Origin: Copranaerobaculum intestinale
GTDB taxonomy: Bacteria > Bacillota_I > Bacilli_A > Erysipelotrichales > Erysipelotrichaceae
Assembly: GCF_009831105.1 (NCBI RefSeq)
Contig: NZ_WUUQ01000002.1
Span: 60,001 to 92,000 of the forward strand
Length of the DNA: 32,000 nt
Direction of reading: 5' to 3'
Within the stretch, counting starts at the first letter, position 1; every line of letters begins with the position of its first letter. Below the pieces are notes generated by a model. It was not told the origin of the DNA and did no database searches. It saw nothing but the letters and a program-made list of their open reading frames with translations. A program made the translations under genes and the position numbers. This document shows, in pieces, positions 1-7,249 of this stretch.

Positions 1-357
1 GCGGCAAAACAAAAAGGGATACAGGTAATAGCCATCACCAATCTGACTTACAGCAAGCAGGTAACTTCACGCCATCGAAGCGGCAAACGACTATACGAAT
101 GCGCAGATTATGTAATAGATAACTGTGGTGATTTTGAAGACTCATGCATGCTGCTGGAGGGAATGGATCAAAAGATTGCCCCGACTTCCACAGTTTGCGG
201 AGCAGCGATTGTAAATATGCTGCTGATCGAAGTAGTGGAATATTTACTGAAACAGGGAATAGAACCGCCGATTTTTCATAGTGCTAATGTAGATGGCGGC
301 GATGCGTTTAATCAAGCCCTGCTTGAAAAATACAAAGACCAAATTTACTACATGTAA
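1..357 (+). CDS. SIS-domain protein (UPF0309-like), C-terminal fragment; the 5' end lies outside the window
   Basis: Frame 1 is open from base 1 to TAA at 355-357. The translated tail (..VIAITNLTYSK..VIDNCGDFEDS..EPPIFHSANV..) is colinear with, and clearly paralogous to, the C-terminal half of the 666-1388 product. Confidence 0.7.
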   Translation, partial: AAKQKGIQVIAITNLTYSKQVTSRHRSGKRLYECADYVIDNCGDFEDSCMLLEGMDQKIAPTSTVCGAAIVNMLLIEVVEYLLKQGIEPPIFHSANVDGGDAFNQALLEKYKDQIYYM

Positions 358-371
358 AATTTTTACAAATA

Positions 372-409
372 CAGACTGTCGATATAGGAAATCTGACAGT
401 CTTTTCTTA
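372..409 (+). terminator. Rho-independent terminator of the first SIS gene
   Basis: AGACTGTC (373-380) pairs with GACAGTCT (395-402), with a 14-nt loop, followed by TTTTCTT. Confidence 0.6.
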
Positions 410-606
410 TACGTGAGAAATCTATATAAGGAATACCTTCCTTTACGTGGCTTGATTACGTTTTCCTATATAATTTGTTTATTTTTAGGTGATGTTTTAA
501 AAAAGATGATATTTTTCTGATTATATTATCAATATCTTAGTTATCCTCATATATGGATTGAGCAAAGTATTTTATTATTGTGCATTTAACTTTTTTGAAA
601 AGGTGA

Positions 607-634
607 TTGACAAAATGATTTTGCCAGTTATGAT
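607..634 (+). promoter_or_regulatory. Sigma-A-like promoter for the second SIS gene
   Basis: TTGACA (607-612), 16-nt spacer, TATGAT (629-634), about 30 nt upstream of the RBS and ATG at 666. Confidence 0.45.
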
Positions 635-665
635 GAAAAGTAAGTGAGGAGAAAAGGAGGGCAAT

Positions 666-1388
666 ATGTACCATACCATTTTTGAAGTAGGAAAAAAAGT
701 AGTTGATGCCATTGAAACAACTCAGCAGGAACCGATTGAAAGAGCTGCAGAGCTGATTGGAGAAGCGTTTGTGAAGGGACATAAATTCTTTGTAACTGGC
801 AGCGGTCATTCCCATACAGTTGCGGAGGAGTTTTATGGAAGAGCTGGAGGCTTGGCTTGTGTTACGCCGATTTTAACTCCGGAATTAACGTTGACAGATC
901 ATCCGACAAAGAGTTCACAGTTAGAACGTTTAGATGGTTACGCTACCATCTTAGTTAATTTATATGATATCAAAGCTGGTGATGTAGTTTTGATTGCCAG
1001 CAATTCAGGCCGTAATGCATATCCGGTAGAAATGGCTCTCGAAGCGAAGAAACGCGGGGCATCGGTTATCGCTATTACCAGTCGCAAGCATTCAGAAGCT
1101 TGTACATCCCGAGCGAAAAGCGGAAAAAAGCTGATGGAGGTAGCAGATGTTGTGATTGATAACTGTGGTATGCTGGGAGATTCCAGTCTGACGGTAGAGG
1201 GTATTGCCGCTCCATTACTGCCTACATCCAGCATTGCCAATGCATTTATTGCCCAGGCAATTACCGTATTAGCCGCAGTCTATATTCGTGATGCCGGTTT
1301 AGAACCGCCGGTTTTTATTTCTTTAAACGTAATGGGTGAAGATAATAAAAATGATGAATATTTCAAAAAATACGCCCGTATGTATTAA
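666..1388 (+). CDS. SIS (sugar isomerase/phosphosugar-binding) domain protein, UPF0309-like
   Basis: 240-aa ORF with RBS AAGGAGGG 5 nt upstream. Shows the SIS-type pattern FFVTGSGHS..VVLIASNSGRN..VIAITS and is a paralogue of the 1-357 fragment. Confidence 0.8.
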   Translation: MYHTIFEVGKKVVDAIETTQQEPIERAAELIGEAFVKGHKFFVTGSGHSHTVAEEFYGRAGGLACVTPILTPELTLTDHPTKSSQLERLDGYATILVNLYDIKAGDVVLIASNSGRNAYPVEMALEAKKRGASVIAITSRKHSEACTSRAKSGKKLMEVADVVIDNCGMLGDSSLTVEGIAAPLLPTSSIANAFIAQAITVLAAVYIRDAGLEPPVFISLNVMGEDNKNDEYFKKYARMY

Positions 1389-1400
1389 TACAACAATATA

Positions 1401-1487
1401 GCATGTGTATCCTATCTGGACTTTCTGATGCTGATAAGTGAAATATAAGCATTGAATGTGGAGAGGATGGGACACATGCTTTTTTTG
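1401..1487 (+). terminator. Long structured 3' element ending in a U-tract (probable terminator)
   Basis: GCATGTGT (1401-1408) pairs with ACACATGC (1472-1479). ATCC (1409-1412) pairs with GGAT (1465-1468). An inner stem pairs ATGCT (1428-1432) with AGCAT (1448-1452). TTTTTTT follows. Confidence 0.45.
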
Positions 1488-1779
1488 TCTTTTTTAGGAT
1501 TTTTTCATAAGGTGTAAACAAATATGCATCACTTTTTTTTACATTGCTCCATATAAGGATTACGAATTGGCGTTATGAAGAGATTCAAGCAATACAATTA
1601 TGTGACTGTTTGGTGTCTTGATCTGCCGACTCGACAATGCTTTCATCGTTTTGTAATCAATAAAAAGTTATATCCTTTTGTATAACTCTGTATTTTTTAA
1701 GATAACTGCTTAGTATGCAGCATCTTGCCGCAGCAATCCTTCTTTTCTTCATAAAATCATGTGCATTGCTGCTTTTATC

Positions 1780-1808
1780 TTGCATTTTTTACACAGGATG
1801 AATATAAT
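1780..1808 (+). promoter_or_regulatory. Sigma-A-like promoter for the HAD hydrolase gene
   Basis: TTGCAT (1780-1785), 17-nt spacer, TATAAT (1803-1808). Confidence 0.5.
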
Positions 1809-1845
1809 AGTAAAAATTAGTTATTCAATGAAAGAAGGCGGCTTG

Positions 1846-2553
1846 ATGAAACAAAAGAAGTATATCGTATGGGATTGGAACGGGACACTGTTTGATGATA
1901 TTGATGTATGCATGAAATCCTTGAATGAGCTGTTGGAACGCTACCACCTGCCGCTTGTAGATAAGACATCCTATCGCAATGTGTTTCGCTTTCCGGTGAA
2001 AGACTATTACCGGGATGTTGGATTTGATTTTGACCGCACTTCCTTTGATATCTTGGCAAATCAATATATGAAGCGTTATATACCGCTATCAATGAATTGT
2101 TCACTTTTTCAGGATGTTCAGGAAACGCTGGCTCATTTTAAGCAGTTTGGTCTGAAGCAGTATATCATCTCTGCTTCCCGTATGGATCATTTGCAAAGTC
2201 AGTTAGCCCAATATGATATTCTTCCTTATTTTGAAGATATTCTGGGCTTGGATAATATCTGTGCATACAGCAAAGTGGATGTGGCTGTTAACTGGATCCA
2301 GAATCAGCATATTCATACAGATGAAGTACTGTTCATTGGAGACAGCGTTCATGACAGTGAGGTTGCCAAGGCGTGCGGCTGCGAATGTATATTGATCAGC
2401 CGCGGTCATCAAAGCAGAGAAAAGCTGGAAAAAACCGGCTGTATCGTCAAGGACTCTATCAGCCAGTTATGGAAAGAAGAATTTGGGTTGAAATTAATGA
2501 AACAGGATATCTTTGGCAAGGCCAAAGAATTCCCGGATATGAAAATTGAATGA
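1846..2553 (+). CDS. HAD-superfamily hydrolase (phosphoglycolate-phosphatase-like subfamily IA)
   Basis: HAD motifs are present: I VWDWNGTLFDD, II YIISAS, III K in YSKVD, IV FIGDSVHD. I moved the start from 1759 to ATG 1846 (MKQKKYIVWDWNGT), which has GAAGGCGG just upstream and lies downstream of the 1780-1808 promoter. Confidence 0.8.
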   Translation: MKQKKYIVWDWNGTLFDDIDVCMKSLNELLERYHLPLVDKTSYRNVFRFPVKDYYRDVGFDFDRTSFDILANQYMKRYIPLSMNCSLFQDVQETLAHFKQFGLKQYIISASRMDHLQSQLAQYDILPYFEDILGLDNICAYSKVDVAVNWIQNQHIHTDEVLFIGDSVHDSEVAKACGCECILISRGHQSREKLEKTGCIVKDSISQLWKEEFGLKLMKQDIFGKAKEFPDMKIE

Positions 2554-3261
2554 AGTAGGATAATGGGCGGGACTTGGATAGCGATAAGCATCAAGACCTG
2601 CTTTTTTTGCGATATACATCGCTCGCATCATATGGAAGTTATTTGTAATAACTAATACTTTTGCGTTCTCAGAAAACAGTTTTTTACTGAATTGAAAGTT
2701 TTCAAAGGTGTTAGAGGAGTTGTCTTCTTTTATAATTAAGCTTGCTGGCACTCCGTGCCGGAGCAGATAATCTGCCATTGCTTTTGCTTCGGTGATAGCT
2801 TCTCTTGACCCTTGACCGCCGCTGACGATGATCGGAATACCGGGCTGCTCATGATGGGCTTTCAGTGCAGCATCAAGACGATATTTTAGGGTGCTGGATA
2901 TTTCTCTGCCATTTAAGCCGGCTCCTAAAACTAGAATCACATCAGTTTTTTCATGAGAACGTGTATGTCCATAATAGAGAATCAAACCTTCCGTAACGGC
3001 AAATATAAGCAGGCATACGATTAGGATCACAGAAATTACAATTTGCCAGAAACGGTGAAGCTGTGCGTAGATAAATATTTGATAATGCTTTTGCAGAAAG
3101 CCAAACAACAGCAGCAAAATTCCTGCTGCGCCTAAATACATAGAAAAAGCGACATACTGATAAAATATTTTAAGCAGTAAATAATATAGGATCAGAGCAG
3201 CACCGAGTATGATGCTGATGATACAGATTACATTTTGCATAGGGGTCATATGTTTTCCCAT
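2494..3261 (-). CDS. DUF218/YdcF (SanA/ElyC-like) family membrane protein
   Basis: 255 aa. The N-terminal half is hydrophobic with several predicted TM helices. It is followed by a DUF218-type core: VILVLGAGL..STLKYRLDAA..IIVSGGQG..EAITEAKAMADYL..SSNTFEN. RBS AAAGGA. Sits 36 nt downstream of the helicase gene on the same strand. Confidence 0.8.
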   Translation of the reverse strand: MGKHMTPMQNVICIISIILGAALILYYLLLKIFYQYVAFSMYLGAAGILLLLFGFLQKHYQIFIYAQLHRFWQIVISVILIVCLLIFAVTEGLILYYGHTRSHEKTDVILVLGAGLNGREISSTLKYRLDAALKAHHEQPGIPIIVSGGQGSREAITEAKAMADYLLRHGVPASLIIKEDNSSNTFENFQFSKKLFSENAKVLVITNNFHMMRAMYIAKKAGLDAYRYPSPAHYPTSFNFHIREFFGLAKDILFH

Positions 3262-3297
3262 AGGAAGTCCTTTCTCTGTACTCTATGTACTCAGCGG

Positions 3298-5637
3298 TTA
3301 TTTATTCCAAAAGGAATCCAGCGCTGCTTTTAAATCCTGCTCCTGATGAATGATCGTATAATGATCCCAATGCGGGGGCAGAAGCTGGCGGTATTGAGCA
3401 GTGGTATAGCGATCATCAATCAATAAAATGAAGCCGCGGTCTGTTTCGGTACGAATTACTCGTCCCGCCGCCTGCAGAACTTTATTCATGCCGGGGAATA
3501 CATAGGCATATTCATAGCCCATTTGATTCTGTTCCTCGAAATAATCACGAAATATATTCTGTTCCTCATTGATCTGCGGCAGCCCTACGCCGATGATGAT
3601 AGTTCCAATCAGAGCATCTCCGCGAAGATCAATGCCTTCTCCGTACATTCCTCCAAGGACACAAAATCCAATCATTGTCTGATCGGCTTCTTCATCAAAT
3701 GCCTGAAGAAAGGAAACCCGTTCTTCATCTGACATATCACTGTGCTGGACACGGACAGTAACCTCAGGATACGCATTTTGAAACGCTTGTGCAATCTGAT
3801 GCAAGTATTGATAGCTTGGAGCATAAACAATATAATTTCCGCAGCGCAGAGCTGTGGCAGTATGAATCAGCTTTACAATCGGCTGAATGCTGCTTGCTCG
3901 CTGCCGGTAACGGGTTGAGATACCGTCGTGAATAAACACGCTTAGGTTTTCTTTTGGAAAGGGACTATACAGCATCAGCCGTTTGGTATCCTCATCTCCT
4001 CCAAGCAAGGACAGAAAATAGGGCAGCGGCGTCATCGTTGCTGAAAATAGACAAGCAGCCGTTCCTTTTTTCAGTGTACCCTTCACCAACAAGCTCGGAT
4101 CAATACAGAACTGCGTTACCGTGATATCAGAAGATGTTCGATTGATCGTCATTACATAATGTTCATCGTACAGCTCGCTGATACGAAGATAAGCATTACT
4201 GTCAAAATACAGCTGACGAAGATCTTCTTCATAAGCACTTTTGGCATTTTCCGCGAGAACCGGCTCACATATTTTCTGAAATTGCTGAAGCAATTTGTTT
4301 AGTCCAAGAAACGGCTCCTTTACAATTAGAAAGCTTCGTGCTTCATCTGCTTCAATGAGCGTATCCATGCCCTTCATCACCTTCTGCAAAGCCTGCCGCA
4401 GCTTCTTTTGACTGGTTGGAAGCTGTTTCCGGACTTTTTTAAAACTCGATTTTGAAAGGGAAGCACTAAACATAGAACGAGCCCGATCAACCAGATTATG
4501 AGCTTCATCGATCAAAAACATGTGTTTACCGCCCGGTTCCATGAAATAACGCTTTAAAAAAACCTGCGGATCAAAAACATAATTGTAGTCACAAACAATG
4601 ACATCACAATATAAGGAAAGGTCGAGTGATAATTCGAAGGGACAGACCTGATAGCTTCTTCCATACTCTTTTAAAATATCCTCACCGATCATATCATGCT
4701 GAATCAGCACTTGATACATGACTTCCTTTACGCGATCATAATATCCTTTTGCGTAAGGACAGATTTCGGGATCACAATTGCGTTCTTTTAAAAAACACAT
4801 TTTGTCTTTTGCGGTTAAGGTTATACTGTGCAGATATACCTGTTTTTGTTTCATCAATGCAAGCGCCTGCCAAGCAACGCTGCGGGTGATCGACTTCGCT
4901 GTCAGATAGAAAACCCGTTCTACCTTGGCTTCACCGATTGCCTTGATCGAAGGAAAAAGGGTGGACATCGTCTTGCCGATGCCTGTCGGTGCCTGTACAA
5001 ATAAAACATCCTTATCCAAAATCGTCTTATAAACGGCTACCGCTAGTCTGCGCTGTCCATCTCGATAAGATGGAAACGGAAAAACTAATTTCTGGATAGA
5101 TTCATTTCTGCGTTCTTCATGTTCTTTTTGAAGCTCGCCCCATTTACTGTAATCGTGCAGTAATTTTTCATAGAAAGCAGTCAAATCCGCTCGGGTCAAT
5201 TCCTTTTGAAACTGCTTGATGGTTTCTTCGTCAACCTGAAAATACGTCAGCTGAACAAGGATGCTGTTAAGCTCATTCTGTTCCAATAGATAAAAATAGG
5301 CATAGCACATTGCTTGAGCCCAATGAACATCTCGATAATCAATTTCAATTTCTGATAACGGCACATGAACGGTTTTGATTTCATCAATGATGATACGGCC
5401 GTTCTTTTTGATAATGCCGTCTGCCCTTCCTTCAATCTCAAAACAGATATCATGATAAATCTGCTGATGTTTAAAGTATACCTCGGCTTCATACGGATCC
5501 GGCGATGTGCGCTGCAAAAGGCGATGGATGCGAGAGCCTTCCTGCGCTCGTTCAACGCTTAAAAACCGATGATCAATATCACCGGACTGATAAACAAATT
5601 CAACCAGGCTGCGTACAGACATCCGCAAAGTAAACAT
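3298..5637 (-). CDS. Fusion protein: N-terminal PD-(D/E)XK (RecB/Cas4-like) nuclease domain plus XPD/DinG-family Fe-S DNA helicase
   Basis: 779 aa. Nuclease motifs: GRADGI..IIDEIKT and QAMCYAY (QxxxY). Helicase motifs: Walker A APTGIGKT, DEAH box FLIDEAHNL, and a Cys cluster CFLKERNCDPEICPYAKG..VCPFE typical of the Rad3/XPD Fe-S domain. C-terminal motif AAGRVIRT. Confidence 0.85.
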   Translation of the reverse strand: MFTLRMSVRSLVEFVYQSGDIDHRFLSVERAQEGSRIHRLLQRTSPDPYEAEVYFKHQQIYHDICFEIEGRADGIIKKNGRIIIDEIKTVHVPLSEIEIDYRDVHWAQAMCYAYFYLLEQNELNSILVQLTYFQVDEETIKQFQKELTRADLTAFYEKLLHDYSKWGELQKEHEERRNESIQKLVFPFPSYRDGQRRLAVAVYKTILDKDVLFVQAPTGIGKTMSTLFPSIKAIGEAKVERVFYLTAKSITRSVAWQALALMKQKQVYLHSITLTAKDKMCFLKERNCDPEICPYAKGYYDRVKEVMYQVLIQHDMIGEDILKEYGRSYQVCPFELSLDLSLYCDVIVCDYNYVFDPQVFLKRYFMEPGGKHMFLIDEAHNLVDRARSMFSASLSKSSFKKVRKQLPTSQKKLRQALQKVMKGMDTLIEADEARSFLIVKEPFLGLNKLLQQFQKICEPVLAENAKSAYEEDLRQLYFDSNAYLRISELYDEHYVMTINRTSSDITVTQFCIDPSLLVKGTLKKGTAACLFSATMTPLPYFLSLLGGDEDTKRLMLYSPFPKENLSVFIHDGISTRYRQRASSIQPIVKLIHTATALRCGNYIVYAPSYQYLHQIAQAFQNAYPEVTVRVQHSDMSDEERVSFLQAFDEEADQTMIGFCVLGGMYGEGIDLRGDALIGTIIIGVGLPQINEEQNIFRDYFEEQNQMGYEYAYVFPGMNKVLQAAGRVIRTETDRGFILLIDDRYTTAQYRQLLPPHWDHYTIIHQEQDLKAALDSFWNK

Positions 5638-5758
5638 AGCGGGCTCCTTTCATGCGATGCAAAAAGAATGCTTCTGCTCTTATTTTATCATGCTTTTTAT
5701 AAGGTTTATACAATATTTCCTATCTGTCTATTTTTTAGAGCTTCTGAGGTGCTTTGTT

Positions 5759-5787
5759 TTGGTATATGCTGTAAATGGTGCTATACT
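5759..5787 (+). promoter_or_regulatory. Sigma-A-like promoter with extended -10 for the pseudouridine synthase gene
   Basis: TTGGTA (5759-5764), 17-nt spacer, TGcTATACT (5779-5787). Confidence 0.5.
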
Positions 5788-5808
5788 GATGAAAAAGGTG
5801 GATGAAGT

Positions 5809-6756
5809 ATGCGGGAACTAACAGTAAACGAGAATGATGCCGGTCAGCGGGTTGATAAATTTATAAAAAAGACCCTGAAGCAGCTGCCGCAAAATCTCAT
5901 GTATAAATATATTCGAAGTAAAAAGATCAAGGTGAATCGAAAGCGCTGCACGATAGATCAAAAATTAAAAGCGGGAGATGTGCTGCAATGTTACATCCCA
6001 GAAGAATTTTTTGATCAGCCGATCGATTATCGGTTTTTAAAAGCATCGCGGGATTTGAAAGTTGTTTATGAGGATGAGCATGTATTGATTGTTGATAAAC
6101 CGGCCGGATTGCTTGTACACAGTGATCAGCCTGATGACCACGATACCCTGATCGATCGGATTCAAGCCTATCTGTATGATCAGCAGATCTATCAGCCGGC
6201 GCAGGAGCATAGCTTTGCCCCGGCACTTGTAAATCGTATCGACCGTAATACCAGCGGTCTGGTGCTGGCGGCGAAGGATGCGGCTTCCTTGCGGGAACTG
6301 AATCAGCTGATGAAGGATCGCAACATTGACAAACGCTATTTGTGTATTGTTGAAGGGGTGCTTTCTAAGGAGCAGGACGCATTATGCATGTATCATCAGA
6401 AGCAGGACGATAACCATGCGGAAATATCGATGACGCCCAAGGACGGATATAAAGAGGTCCGGATGGACTATCGAATACTGGATACAGCAGATGCATACAG
6501 CTTGGTAGAGGTACAGCTTCATACCGGAAAAAGTCATCAGATTCGAGCCTGTTTTTCCGCCTTGAACCATCCGCTGATGGGTGATGTGAAATACGGCGCG
6601 AAACCGACTGCCTGGAAATATCAGGCGCTGTGTGCTTATTCACTTACCTTCCATCCCGATGAATCGCTGAAACAGCTTACAGGATTAGGTGAAAAAACCG
6701 TTTGTTTAAAAGCGAATCCGATATCTTCTTATTTTTATCAAAGGGTGAAAAAATAG
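5809..6756 (+). CDS. RluA-family 23S rRNA pseudouridine synthase with N-terminal S4 domain (RluC/RluD-like)
   Basis: 315 aa. S4-like N-terminus (RVDKFIKK..IKVNRK), catalytic motif NRIDRNTSGLV, and the conserved HTGKSHQIRA motif. RBS AAAGGTGGA. Confidence 0.9.
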   Translation: MRELTVNENDAGQRVDKFIKKTLKQLPQNLMYKYIRSKKIKVNRKRCTIDQKLKAGDVLQCYIPEEFFDQPIDYRFLKASRDLKVVYEDEHVLIVDKPAGLLVHSDQPDDHDTLIDRIQAYLYDQQIYQPAQEHSFAPALVNRIDRNTSGLVLAAKDAASLRELNQLMKDRNIDKRYLCIVEGVLSKEQDALCMYHQKQDDNHAEISMTPKDGYKEVRMDYRILDTADAYSLVEVQLHTGKSHQIRACFSALNHPLMGDVKYGAKPTAWKYQALCAYSLTFHPDESLKQLTGLGEKTVCLKANPISSYFYQRVKK

Positions 6757-6817
6757 ACGTTATAAATCGTCTGGTAAAGTGTCACAAAATGCCGTATTTT
6801 ACCATAGAATAAATTTG

Positions 6818-6845
6818 TTGACATCAAGGAATAAAGGTTTATACT
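6818..6845 (+). promoter_or_regulatory. Sigma-A-like promoter of the V-type ATPase operon
   Basis: TTGACA (6818-6823), 16-nt spacer, TATACT (6840-6845), about 75 nt upstream of the first operon gene. Confidence 0.55.
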
Positions 6846-6922
6846 AAGAGGTGGTTTTCCTGACCTAAGGTCATATATATAGATATATAGAAAGGAAAAT
6901 ATTACAGAAAGGAGGGATTGCT

Positions 6923-7234
6923 TTGGATACAATCATCCGTGATGTAATTGAATCAGATCGGCAGGCTCGTGAACGCATCGACAAGGCCAATCATGATAAG
7001 TTCAACATTCAGAAATCGATCAATGAAGAACGTGATTCAGTTACGAAGCGGTATATGGATGCTTCCAAGGATGAGGTGGAGCAGTACCGCAAGGAACTGG
7101 AACATCAGATCGTTCTGGAGAAGCAGGAACAGGAGCAAGCCTATCAAAAGGCATTGACGCAGCTGAGCGACCTCTATGACCGTAAAAAAGATCAATGGGT
7201 AGACGAGCTGGTTGCGCGTTGTCTGGATGTTTAA
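6923..7234 (+). CDS. Small charged coiled-coil protein, putative V-ATPase peripheral-stalk subunit (G/H-like)
   Basis: 103 codons starting at TTG 6923, with AAAGGAGGG 6 nt upstream. Sequence is highly charged and heptad-like (ERIDKANHDKF..EQYRKELEHQIVLEKQEQEQAYQ). It is the first gene of the operon. The product assignment rests on position and composition only. Confidence 0.5.
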   Translation: MDTIIRDVIESDRQARERIDKANHDKFNIQKSINEERDSVTKRYMDASKDEVEQYRKELEHQIVLEKQEQEQAYQKALTQLSDLYDRKKDQWVDELVARCLDV

Positions 7235-7249
7235 GAAAGAGGTGATCCT

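Noticed and set aside
1759-1845. Longer N-terminus for the HAD hydrolase (start at 1759, as in the ORF track).
   Set aside because: The extension (MCIAAFILHFLHRMNIIVKISYS..) overlaps the predicted promoter (1780-1808) and has no RBS. HAD motif I normally lies within about 10 residues of the N-terminus, as it does from ATG 1846.
3298-5637. The nuclease-helicase plus neighbouring genes as a phage-defence island.
   Set aside because: The flanking genes (HAD, DUF218, rRNA pseudouridine synthase, V-ATPase) are housekeeping-like. No methyltransferase, toxin, Abi or mobile-element genes and no compositional break are visible. It is retained only as a single-gene curiosity.
5569-5805. 78-aa plus-strand ORF in the divergent helicase/pseudouridine-synthase promoter region. 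The same reasoning applies to 293-520, 537-815 and 6738-6932.
   Set aside because: These ORFs overlap promoters, terminators or the 5' ends of real genes. They lack an RBS and have AT-rich, Phe/Ile/Lys/Cys-biased arbitrary composition.
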